A stretch of 64,000 nt of DNA from Antedon mediterranea (Eukaryota; Animalia; Echinodermata). The first letter of the stretch is position 1; each line of letters begins with the position of its first letter. The notes under the pieces were generated by a model that was not told where the DNA came from, searched no databases, and worked only from the letters and a program-made list of their open reading frames with translations. Both the position numbers and the translations under genes were made by a program. Below are positions 1 through 11,788 of the stretch, in pieces. The stretch is taken from NCBI RefSeq assembly GCF_964355755.1, contig NC_092673.1, positions 22,999,648-23,063,647 of the forward strand. The letters run 5' to 3'.

Positions 1-828
1 CCTAAATATGTAAACATATTCTATGAACTAGAAGTTAAGTGAGTGATTCATTTTTTCTAATTTTTACTATCACAATCTTAGAACGTGTGACGTCAACTGT
101 GACAACAAATCATGACGTAACGTTATACTTCAAACTTCGTCAGCTTTGAGTGTTGACAATCAATTTACAGGTGGCACTACTTGATCATGGACCAATAGGC
201 CTACATTATCAATTTAATACACCGGAATAATACAAAAATCGGACAACAATATCACACATGTGTGACCTATAAACCATTTGACAACAAATCATAATTCAAC
301 AGAGCCATCAACACTAATGTTGACAACTACAAATATGACTAAACCTTTTAGCAACAAAATGTTAGGCCTATTATATTATATTCACTGATAATTCAACCGA
401 CCACAGGTAGGTACTTTATGACCAAACGAAAGAAAAATACTTCAATGGGCCTACAAAAATGGATTGGGCATTCATTGACGTTTCTAACCGAATCACCGAC
501 AATATTTGTTTCGCCATCACAGGCTAACGATATTTAGGCATTGTTCATTACAGACAATTTGTTTGTCCTTTTTTGTTGTTAAAGGTGCACAGTTTAACAA
601 AATGGCCTACATTTACTACTTTTGAAAAGGAAGAAATGGACAAGAATGATTACATTGAAAGTTCATCGCGTTGTTAAGCGTGCCTCGATCCCCTTCCTCG
701 CAATGCAGAAAAGTTGTAATTGTGTGTATCAATAATATAGAACAGAATAAATGAAAGGGATAATCTGCCATAGGCCTATATCTTTTAGGTTAGTTTTACC
801 AATTAAGTTTAAACTGTTGATTCATATC

Positions 829-2190
829 AACCAGGAAAAATAAGAAAGTTTCAAAGTTTAGGCGCCTGTCAAAGCATAGTTGAAGTTACGTAATCACGCT
901 TTATCAAAAATATTAGCTTGTGCGCATATGCTGATGAAAAGGCGCGCAAGGTTACTTGGTTACGTATGTTTACTTTGCGTTGCTCCTTCACAACCTTACT
1001 TTTCGAGTTTTAAGGAAGACGTTTTATTGTATCTATAAGTATAAAATATGCTCTGTTGTAAGAAAGACTCGACCAGCGTCGTCCACGTGGTAAGTAAAGT
1101 CAAATTATTTAGTTCCAGATCATACAATACTATTTAAGTTCGATAATTAACTGTAATTTGTCGTTAAAAGAAAAGTTTGATTCTTAGCCTCGATCCATCC
1201 CCCCGGCGCGCCCACACATGGGCCGGCGCAGCGGGTGACGTATGGCACCGGGTGAGAGAGAGAGACCCTTCATCATTGCTGCTGCGCTCAAGCCAGAACA
1301 TCGGCGCGCTCGTTTCGCGATCGACTTGTTGCGCAAAAGCTTTTTTTTTTAAATTGAAACTGGTTTTTGCCATTTGATTTGGCTAAGCCTGGAACAAAAA
1401 ATAATAATATGAATAATGATTTTTTTTTAATTATTTGATTTGTAGTAATATAAATATTTAATTTAAAAGTAGTAGCCATAGGTTAGTAATTATAGAATCA
1501 TTTCTAATGATTATACTGTTGGCCTAGTTCTTTATACTTCATCTTCGAAATAGTATACAGTAGGCCTATAATGATTTTTTTAACGGGTAATAATAAATTT
1601 CATTTCAACCAGAAAAAATAAGAAAGTTTCAAAGTTCAGGCGCCTGTCAAAGCATAGTTGAAGTTACGTAATCACGCTTTATTAAAAGTATTAGCTTGTG
1701 CGCATGTGCTGATGAAAAGGCGCGCAAGGTTACTTGGTTACGTATGTTTACTTTGCGTAGGCTCCTTCACAACATTACTTTTCGAGTTTTGATAAACAAG
1801 TTTTATTGTATCTATAAGTATAAAATATGCTCTGTTGTAAGAAGGATTCGACCAGCGTCGTCCACGTGGTAAGTTAAGTCAAATTATTTATTTCCAGATC
1901 ATATACTAGGCCTACTATTTAAGTTCGGTAATTAACTGTAATTTGTCGTTAAAAGAACAGTTTGATTCTTAGCCTTGATCATCCATCCCCGGCGCGCCCC
2001 ACACATGGGGGTCGGCGCAGCGGGTGACGTGTGGTACGCGGCGCCGAGAGAGAGAGACCTTCATCTGCGCTCAAGCCAGAACATCGGCGCGCTCGTTTCG
2101 CGATCGACTTGTTGAATTGTGCAAAAGCTTTTTTTTTAAACGGGTTTTTGCCATTTGATTAGCCTGGAACAAAAAATAATATCAATAATA
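829..2190 (+). repeat. Tandem ~780-bp duplication (homologous blocks ~829-1415 and ~1608-2190) of a promoter plus first exon; a diverged third copy lies at ~2620-2835
   Basis: Near-identical blocks, both starting caaccag(g/a)aaaaataagaaagtttcaaag. Each contains ATGCTCTGTTGTAAG...CACGTG|GTAAGT. Confidence 0.9.
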
Positions 2191-2628
2191 ATTGTCGGGT
2201 TTTTGCCATTTGATTAGCCTGGAACAAAAAATAATAATATCAATAATAATTGTTAAGTAGGCCTAGGAGGCCTAGGCCTAGTTCTTTATGTTTAAGATTT
2301 AAACGTCGCGGCTAAAAAGGGTATTCACACCTGTTCCGGTCCGGGCGGCTCCATCAATAAATCGAACGTCAATGTACAAGGTTTCGTTTTCACGCGACTA
2401 CGCACATATCGAACGGCCGCGATTGGTGCATAGAGAGCCGCGTAGAGCGTCGTAAAAACGAAACATTGACGTTCGATTCGGAACATGTGTGAAACACCAC
2501 ACGTCATTTGTTTATCATGAACATGAACAATGTAAACAATAGGAAACCAAATTGATAGAGCGCGAAGAGAGAGCTCTCCGCCGTCAGCTTGAACGCGCGC
2601 ATGATTTACCGATTGGAAACGCGCATTT

Positions 2629-2641
2629 GTTACCTGGTTAC
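2629..2641. promoter_or_regulatory. RFX X-box-like motif upstream of the K/E-rich gene (variants at 951-963 and 1729-1741)
   Basis: GTTACCTGGTTAC; its reverse complement GTAACC-A-GGTAAC fits GTNRCC(N0-3)RGYAAC. It lies ~80-90 bp before the ATG in all three copies. Confidence 0.45.
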
Positions 2642-2717
2642 GTCGTTTGTTTACTCTGCATTTATTGTTAATAATAATGAAACAAACTTGTTGTATCTCT
2701 TGCTGCTACTGAATAAA

Positions 2718-5700
2718 ATGCTCTGTTGTACAAAGAATTCAACAAATGTCCACTTGGTAAGTTAATAATAATACCATACCAGATATTATTTAAAGATTAA
2801 TGATTATTTGTTAAAATTAAAGTTTGATTCTAGCGTCCAAGCAGACTAGAGATAGTAGCCCCAACAACAGTTGTCGAGGTGGCGCGAGTGCCGAATCTCA
2901 TAACTGCACGCTTGATTTTGTAACGCGAAATCCTGTACATATTGCGCAACTAGAAGTAGCGTAGCTAGGTAGTTAGTAGGGCCTAGCTAGTAGGAACCTG
3001 CTGTTTTTTTTGTTTTTGTTTTAATTGTTTGCGTAGCTAGGGCGTAGGCCTATGCCTAGTAGTAGGCCTATCTATGGCTAGGCCCTAGTAATTAATTTTA
3101 AAACAAATAGTTTCCAGAGTAGCTAGGCTGGGCCTAAACTAGGCAAGAGGGCCTAGGCCTAGTTAGGCTAGGCCTAGTAGGCCTACCTAGGTAGGGCCTA
3201 CACTAGGCCTAGTAATTATAAATTTGATGGGAATTTTGTAATACGATTTTTGTGTGTATTGCAATGTGAGCTTACACAACAACCGTGTGGCTGATTAAAA
3301 CAAAAATACTGTTTTGCCTTTTTCTTTGTATATTTTAAATGACATGTCATTGTATTGTATTGTCAATAACTATTATCGCCTAGACTCTATATATTATTGG
3401 CCAGATGTTTCCAGATCAAGACTAAACAACACTACGGGTAAAATATCTTCATTTTTAATTAGTTTGATGGGGCACGTTGCTTTTGAGTGAATGTTTCATA
3501 TTGTTTTGTTAATGTTATATAGTAATGTGAAAGCTTTATCTTCATTTTTATTTAATTTGAATGATTATATAACATTAATAATATACACTATAGTATAGTA
3601 ATAAAGTATTACTTTTTTCAATTGTTGTTTTGTTGTAATAAACTAAACCTTGTGTTGTTGTGTGTATTTTACATTTTTCTCATTACTACTGCAATATTAT
3701 ATTCATAATTACTTCTATCTATGGTGTTTTGTTTGGCTAACACTTCTACTTCTATTATGCCTATGTTATAATTTTCATTGAATAATATTCACTATAGCAT
3801 AGTAATAAAGTATTACTTTTTTCTATTGTTGTTTTGTTGTAATAAACTAAACCTTGTGTTGTTGTTTATATTTTATGTTTTTCTAACTAATGTACTTTAC
3901 ATTTTTCTCATTACTACTGCAATAATGATATTCATAATTACTTCTATCTATGGAGTTTTGTTTTGGCTAACACTTCTAACAAAACTATTCTTGTAAATGT
4001 TTCGTGTTTTTTTTTAATGTTTGCATAAACAAACTTAGATACAGTTTGTATATTGAATTGAATTTAAGTATTGATTTAAATTAACTAATAATTTGGTAAT
4101 TTCTTTAAATAAATTGTTAATAAATTATTGGTTAAATTATCATTTATTTACTAATAATTGGTCTTATTGATTGAATAAATTTATCATTATCATCTGATCA
4201 ATTAAAATAATAATGAATAAATAATAATAATGAATTAATGAATGAAACTTTAACATGATATCAAAAAGCAACCGAAGTAATCAAAATCACCTAATAATAA
4301 ATAAATATAATAATTCAATTATGAAGGCTGTAATTATTTTGAAAAATTATTTTAAATTGGCTTATTGAACGTTATACTTTATTATAGATTATCTATTCAA
4401 AAATTTATCAATAATTGATAAATAATTGATTGACCAATGACAGAATAGTTGTTTGGGGTCTTATGTGATAGTTGATTGGCTGGTGACGTCATTCATTATT
4501 TGATTTTATTACAATACATTACATCATTCATGGTTTTATGCATTTGCTAATTAAATTTGATTAAATGTTTTATAGGTCATACAAGTTGCCGCTGCATCTG
4601 ACACCAACGATGTAGCTGTATCTACAACCAACGCTGCTGCTGCTGCTGCAGCTACACCTGCCTTTAACGCTGCAGCTGCCTCTAATGCTGCATCTGCCAC
4701 CAACAATGCTGCTGCTGTAGCTATTGATCATGGTTTCGACCAAGAGTTGACATTGGCAACTGCAGATGAAGCTGAAAAAATGCTTAAAAATTTCTACGAT
4801 GGATATGCTCAAAAGGTATGACAAATAATAATTAGGCCTAACAACAGCCTGTCTTTTTTTAAACATTTACCATGCCAGATAGTAAGTATCATCAATAACT
4901 TTATATTTACGTACATTATACTTTATAGTCTAGCGTTCTCACAAGTATTGATACAAGTAGTACACTGAATAATGCACACATAATGAAAGGAGCTGATAAC
5001 AAGGAGGATAAAAAGAAGAAGAAGCAGGAAAAGGAGGAGCAGAAAAGAAAGACCAAAATGGAGAAGGATGAAAAGAAAGAGGAAGAGAAGAGGGAAAAGA
5101 AAGAGAAGAAAGAAAAGATGGATGAGGAGAAGAAAGAAAAGAAAGAAAAGAAGAAAGAAGAGAAAGAAAACAATAACACAGTAATCAATATATTGATAAT
5201 ACTCGGAATTATTCATTTATTTTATATTAATTTAATTACAGATGAAAATGAACTTGACCATTTATTTTACTTACAGTCTGAAGTGGCAGGCAATATCATT
5301 AATGTGATACCAATCGAAAGATCTGACGAGGAGGAGGAGGAAGACTGGGAAAACTGGGAAGACGAGGAGGAGGTGACGAATGTAAATGACAAAAAGGAGG
5401 AGAGAATAGAAAAAAATAAAAATATAAAGGACAGAAAGAAAGAAATGAAGGAAAATAAAGATAAGGAGAAGAAGGAAAAGAAAGAAAAAATGAAAGAGGA
5501 AAAGAAAGAAAAAAAGAAAGAGGAGAAAAGACAGAAGGACATGGTAATCATTAATAATAATACAATACTCTGGTGTATTCATTTATTCTATATTTATTAA
5601 CTTAATTTTAAAGATGAAAATTGTTTTACTTAAAGCCTGAAGCAGCAAACAATATCATTAATGTGACACCACTCCAAAGATTTGATGATGAGGAGGAGGA

Positions 5701-6569
5701 GGAAGACAAGGAAGATGAGAAGAATGTGAAGAAGGGAAAGAACAAAAAAGAGGAGAAGAAAGAAAAGAAGAAGGAAGAAAAAGAAAGGAAGAAAGAACAG
5801 AAGGAAAAGAAAGAGGAGGAGAAGAACGAAAAGAAAGAAAAAAAGAAAGAGGAGGAGAAGGAAAAGAAAGAAAGGATGGAAGAAAAGAAGAAGGAGGAAA
5901 AAGAGAGGAAGGAAGAAAAGAAGAAGGAAAAGAAGGAGAAGAATATGGAGGAAAAGAATAGAAAGAAAGAAATGAAGAAGCAGAAGAAGGATAAGAAAAA
6001 TGAGGGAAACGGTATGATAATAGCATTTATTTCTTAAATCAATTGTTATGATTCTATAGTGAATAAGCAATATTAATGGAAATGACATGAATTACGACTA
6101 AATATTCAATTATCAATGTTATTCAGATTCTACAGAAGAGTCGGATGAACGACCTGACGATGGATTTGTTATCTGCGCATGTGAGATAGTGGCTGAGTTT
6201 GATGAAGAGAAGGAGATTGAAATTCCTAAAGCTAGTTTCTTCGATGTACTAAAAAGAAAACTTGGATTTAAAAAGAACAAAATACAAAAATACAAAGTAA
6301 GACTTATTTTGTTTAGCTACTAATATAGAACTTACGGATGTAAAATAATGACAATGGTAACAAAGAATGATATAACTTATTTACACTTTTATATTATTTA
6401 TATTATTTATTATATTTAGGCTGACTTTGATGATATTTGTACTGAAGATGTTATTTATCAGACCCGCCATGTAGTCTTACAACCTCCTACAACACCTGTT
6501 AACCAAAGAGAAACGGTTGGCAACTTCATTCTAGGGGTGGATCTAGCCATCCCTGGAATGGTCTGCTAA
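2718..6569 (+). CDS. Uncharacterised Lys/Glu-rich low-complexity protein, ~512 aa, 8 coding exons
   Basis: Phase-compatible GT-AG exons: 2718-2756 (MLCCTKNSTNVHL), 2834-2878 (weak donor), 4576-4815 (Ala-rich), 4929-5180, 5277-5543, 5636-6011 (three homologous K/E exons), 6127-6296 and 6420-6569 (ends LAIPGMVC*). A 3'UTR intron runs 6582-6732. No family recognised; the link between the 5' exons and the rest is less certain. Confidence 0.7.
3560..3980. repeat. Tandem ~205-bp duplication in an intron
   Basis: cactatag(t/c)atagtaataaagtattac...tttggctaacacttcta occurs twice. Confidence 0.85.
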
Positions 6570-7099
6570 GTTTTAGTTAAGGTGAGACACATTAAAATTG
6601 TGATTTTAACTTGTTATGATTTAACTGGTCAGTAGTATATTGATATTATCTTATTTTGAAAGATAGTTTAAAAGTTATTATTTGATCATTGGACCATCAG
6701 CTTTAAAAGGTTGTATTTAATTCTCTTTGCAGGAATGGTTTTGTGTGGCTTATTGGCGGTGGGTTTTTGGGGGCGGTAAGTGTGTTTATTTTCGGTAGGT
6801 GAATTTTGAAACTCTTCAATGACTCTTTTTTTTTAACTTTTGAAATATTTGTTGATTTGTTGTGCGGTTTGCAACATGGGTTATGTTTTTTGTTTTGGGG
6901 TATGACTGCTGGGTTTGGTGGTGCTTTTATTTACTTACTTTTGCTGAAATAGGGATATGAAACATTGCAAATTGGAAGAGAAATTACATACACAGAGAGT
7001 AAAAAAGAGGTGCTTTTAATATCATAACAAGCCATACATGGCATAATGCAGAATTAGGCACATAAACAAATGGCTGTTTAACATCTTAATGCAGATATA

Positions 7100-7465
7100 A
7101 AACATCAGTGAATATTATTTGTTAATTTGTTCAACAACATCTAACAATACATTTTGGCATAATTTGAAATTAAACGTTTTTACCTGGTGAACAAACAGAT
7201 TGCACAACATTTACTAATGCAATGGTTGTTCAACATTTTTATAACACCAGCACATAAATTATTATTTGTTATTTGAACAAAAAGATTGTATAACATTTAC
7301 AAAGACAATGGTTGTTTAACAATTTTATTTTATAATGCACAGCACCAGCACATATTTGTTAGTTGAACAAAAAGATTGTACAACATTTACAAAGGCAATG
7401 GTTGTTTAACAATTCTATTTTATAATGCACAACACAAGTAAATATTTTGTTAGTTGAACAAAACA
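7100..7465. repeat. Degenerate ~90-bp tandem repeat
   Basis: Recurring aacatttacaaag(g/a)caatggttgtttaacaatt...ttgaacaaaa. Confidence 0.75.
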
Positions 7466-7601
7466 AAAATCTCATCATTTTATGGATCATCATAGTGGCA
7501 AATGGTAAGCAGTATTTGACGACAAAGGTTATTTGCCATTGCGGATGAATGCACAGAAAAGGGTTGCCATCAGTGGGTGTGCACATATGAAAGCGAGTAG
7601 T

Positions 7602-7643
7602 CTATAACCATAGAGGTTCACTATAATATCTCTATGCTATAAC
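7602..7643. mobile_element. 28-bp palindromic mini-insertion with a 7-bp target-site duplication
   Basis: CTATAAC-[CATAGAG...CTCTATG]-CTATAAC; absent from the partner arm of the inverted repeat. Confidence 0.75.
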
Positions 7644-8262
7644 CCAACTGTATTCCGAATGCGTATGTCAAATGGATCTGTATCTGCTGTGTCGTGGTTG
7701 GTTAGAGGTGCCTTCATTTTGAATCTCATGGGATTTGTTCGACTCTTAGATGCATTGAAAAGGTCGTTGCAACTCGAACACGGAATTGAATCACTCTGTT
7801 AAAGATTCATGCTTATTGGTGCATGCTTAACATTTAACTCAACCTCTGATTGGTCTAATATTTGAATAAATTAGCATCTCTTTTGGAACATCTTTTTTAT
7901 TTCAGTAATATTGATCGTTCACTACAATTGGTGAAGGTTTTCCTTTCACTAAATATGGTAGCATTATATAATCTCCGAAAAGCTGTACAATATAGGACTT
8001 AACACATCGCATCTTAAATTAAGCTTAAATCTTCTGCTCCCGCGTAAATTTATAAGTGCTAATCCAATGGAAAAGAAAGGTTTTCTGGTATCGTGTACTG
8101 TTGCCGTATTTAGTAGAACGAACAAAAGGTAAATTCATAATTTGTAAAAACGTAATTTTCCTATACAAATTGATGCAGTACCCTTTCCGATTGGCAGCGT
8201 TATCGGTCTACAACCTTTTGATTGTACGTTGACGGTGAACCATGACCTGTCTGTTTTGCGAT

Positions 8263-9480
8263 CAACATTGTGTAGGTCCCATCAACGTATGGATGCGCAG
8301 CTATGGGTTGTCCATTTTAATTAAACAGTGTGTAGGTCTCATCAACGTGTGCATGCGCAGCTATGGGTTGTCAATTTGATTTTCAACATTGTGTAGGTCC
8401 CATCAAAGTATGGATGCGCAGCTATGGGTTGTCCATTTTAATTTAAAAATTGTGTAGGTCTCATCAAAGTATGGATGCGCAGCTATGGGTTGTCCATTTT
8501 AATTTAAACAGTGTGTAGGTCTCATCAACGTGTGCATGCGCAGCTATGGGTTGTCCATTTGATTTTCAACATTGTGTAGGTCCATCAAAGTATGGATGCG
8601 CAGCTATGGGTTGTCCATTTTAATTTAAACGTTGTCTAGGTCCCATCAACGTATGGATGCGCAGCTATGGGTTGTCCATTATAATTTAAACAGTGTGTAG
8701 GTCTCATCAAAGTATGGATGCGCAGCTATGGGTTGTCCATTTTAATTAAACAGTGTGTAGGTCTCATCAACGTGTGCATGCGCAGCTATGGGTTGTCCAT
8801 TTGATTTTCAACATTGTGTAGGTCCCATCAAAGTATGGATGCGCAGCTACGGGTTGTCCATTTTAATTTAAAAATTGTGTATGTCCCATCAAAGTATGAA
8901 TGCGCAGCTATGGGTTTTCGATTTTAATTTAAACGTCGTGTAGGTCCCATCAACGTATGGATGCGCAGCTATTTGTTGTCCATTTTATTTTAAACATTGT
9001 GTAAGTCCCATCAACGTACGTATGGATGCGCAGCTATTTGTTGTCCATTTTATTTTAAACATTGTGTAAGTCCCATCAACGTATGCATGCGCAGCTATGG
9101 GTTGTCCATTTTATTTTTAAACATTGTGTAGGTCCCATCAACGTATGGATGCGCAGCTATGGGTTGTCCATTTTAATTTAAACATTGTGTAGGTATGTCC
9201 CATAATATAAACGTATGCATGCGCAGCTATGGGTTGTCCATTTTAATTTAAATGCTGTGTAGGTCCGATCAACGTATGGATGCGCAGCTATGGGTTGTCC
9301 ATTTTATTTTTAAACATTGTGTAGGTCCCATAAACGTATGGAGGCGCAGCTATGGGTTGTCCATTTTAATTTAAACATTGTGTAGGCACGTCCCATAAAC
9401 GTATGGATGCGCAGCTATGGGTTGTCCATTTTATTTTAAACAGTGTGTAGGTCCCATCAACGTATGATGCGCAGCTATGG
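8263..9480. repeat. Tandem satellite, 60-61-bp unit, ~20 copies
   Basis: Unit aacattgtgtaggtcccatcaacgtatggatgcgcagctatgggttgtccattttaattta; variant units recur in a higher-order pattern. Confidence 0.97.
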
Positions 9481-9999
9481 ATTTTGTTTATCTTCCTACG
9501 AAACTTTCAACCAATCAGATTACGCTTTTCCAAAAAATTAATTTACTACCTTTACACTTTTGCGGTGGTCTGAAACATTACAGGGATAAATAGGAGATTT
9601 CATCGGAGTCGTTAATGTTTCTAATATTAGACCTAGATGGGATTGGGAGGTGTTTAGGCTTGGACCATGGGTATGTGTTGGCGGCAGATTGGTTCAATAT
9701 CGTGTTTTAGTTGTAGCGATCTTTTCGATGTGTCTTGGGGTCGAATAAATCTCAAAATGAGGTTTGAAGTGGAGGCGCCTCTAAACTGCCGCGACATGGT
9801 AGTTGTAGGTCCATTTGTCTGTGCGCATTCGGAATGGAGTTGGGTACGTAAGGCCACTCGTTTCTATGTGACATGCGCATTGTTGGTAGTTCGGATCTGT
9901 GCAGGCATGCGCAGTGTCAATCCGATGTCGTCACAGACTGTTTGCTATTTGCGATTCACTTAGGTACATCTTTTGTGACATACAATGATGAAGTTCAGC

Positions 10000-10760
10000 A
10001 CAAAATTGTCTTATTATCTCTAGTACTGGTAAAATGCTTTTCACAAAGCATTTCAACGTAACGTGTTCTGCACAAATAGTGCACAAATACAATAATGTAT
10101 TTATTGCCAACAATTACATCAATACTTGTTTTAACAAAATTAATAAAATGAGAACGAAAATTAACAAATACAACAAATAGTCCAATTTTTTCTGCTTAAT
10201 AACATCAAATTATGTCTTTATAGACAGATTTTGCCCTCTGCCTTCTCTCTTACCGAAATTGTTCAGCATAACATTGTCTTATATCGATAATACTGGTGGT
10301 AAAATGCTTTTCACAGAGCATTCAACGTAACGAACGAATACTGCACAAATAGTGAACAAATGCATTATTAATGTGTGCCAAAAAATGACTTCAATAATTT
10401 TTACAACTTCAATACAATGAGAACGAAAATTAACAAATACAACAATCATTTTACACTTTGCTCTTTTACCGAATAGTTTGCTTTATTACGCATCTCTACT
10501 AAGTGATTGATTTTCACAAAGAATTCAACGCAACGAACGTATGCTGCACAAATAGTGCACAGATGCATTAATGTTTTAATGCCAAAAAATGACAAATTTT
10601 TGTTAACAACATCAATACAATGAGAACGAAAATTGACAAATACAACAAATAGTCTTCTGCTTAATATAACATCAAATTATGTCTTTATAGGCAGATTTTA
10701 CCCTCTCTCTCTTACTGCGAATAGTTTTCTTTGTTTCACACCCCTACTAAGCGATTGTTT
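10000..10760. repeat. Diverged ~240-270-bp tandem repeat, ~3 copies
   Basis: Recurring ttttcacaaagcattcaacgtaacg...ctgcacaaatagtg...aatgagaacgaaaatt(a/g)acaaatacaac. Confidence 0.85.
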
Positions 10761-11609
10761 GTCGATAACTGACCATTAAGCCCATCGGCCTGCTCCATTC
10801 ATTTAATGTGATTTATGTGAATTTCCAAGCTTCTTATCTCGGATATTGTTGGAGGGAGAATAATTGATAATTTGTTGAGCTAAACTGAAACCTACCGTTA
10901 TATTCATACGAATCAAACCCACCTACTTGCCGCCTTATTTATATATTTATAGCCATACGTCATTGAATAAATTATTATATACATATCTATATTAAAGGTG
11001 TCCGTATTTCATTAGTGTTTTGTACCACAGCCTAACTAAGATTTTGTTTGACATAGGACAGACCTAGATTGACAGACAGACCGAAATAATGTCTAGTGCA
11101 ATATAAAACAATATATTCAAATGAGATAGTTTAGTTAATTAGATTATAGTTCCATCCACCGACTTTTGATACAATTAAATTATTGTACAGTACATGGATG
11201 TTGCATGAAGTGTTGCACTAACATCAATGAGACGGGTTATTTATATTTTAAAACATGCACACAATTTAAATATGGTGAGGTGGCAGTATATATTACCCAA
11301 ATTGAAAGTGGATTTGAATACAATGACAAATAAAGGCCGGAGCTGGTGACGTGTACAATATCTGGAAAGGAGCAGAGATATTTATATCAGAAATATGGAC
11401 ACAATTTTTCTATGGCGAAGAAGTACCAGTAACGTCCACTACAATTTGTGATGCACAGAACTTTACTTGGATGCAGATGGTGCTACTGACATTTTACCTA
11501 AATGAATAGTATTACGGTACAAGCCTGTACAGTAGGCCTAGGGCACGAAATATGGAGAGAAAAAAAAACTTTAAAAAAAATTTTTTTTTCTAAAATGATA
11601 TAATAGTAA

Positions 11610-11788
11610 AGCTTGGTTCCCACTAGAACGTAACGCAAGGACGTAAACGCAACGCAAGCGTTTTAACCAATGACAAGCGAAGTTATAGACAGTTAGCAAT
11701 CACAAGCGAATAAGCCATCGCTTGTGATTGGTCAATTCACCAGCGTTGCGTTACGTCCTTGCGTTGCGTCGCTAGTGAGAACCACGCT
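11610..11788. mobile_element. PIF/Harbinger-like MITE (AGCTTGGTTCCCACTAG family)
   Basis: Terminal inverted repeats and a TAA duplication (11607-09, 11789-91). Degenerate relatives at ~30521-30666, ~48932-49030 and ~62090-62193. Confidence 0.85.

Larger units (their letters stand above)
7498..9952 (+). ncRNA. Long G-U-rich inverted repeat (arms 7498-7938 and 9548-9952); candidate long hairpin RNA
   Basis: Manual alignment of revcomp(7642-7792) with 9691-9845 gives 30 transitions, all in the G-U-compatible direction and none opposite, plus 8 transversions. Homology extends on both sides. The repeat is directly visible; RNA status is inferred. Confidence 0.6.

Noticed and set aside
2960-3215. 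Cluster of TAGGCCTA palindromes
   Set aside because: Low-complexity motif recurring throughout the window, often in first introns; appears to be genome background.
4916-6088. Minus-strand Phe/Leu/Ser-rich ORFs resembling membrane proteins
   Set aside because: They are antisense shadows of the purine-rich K/E exons.
8263-9480. CRISPR-like array
   Set aside because: Units are near-identical end to end, with no unique spacers, no cas genes and a eukaryotic context.
9667-9963. 98-aa ORF as a real gene
   Set aside because: It lies in the inverted-repeat arm, the frame is not kept in the partner arm, and there is no splice or family support.
11190-11510. Degraded coding-like segment
   Set aside because: Several stops and no recognisable family, so a pseudogene call cannot be supported.
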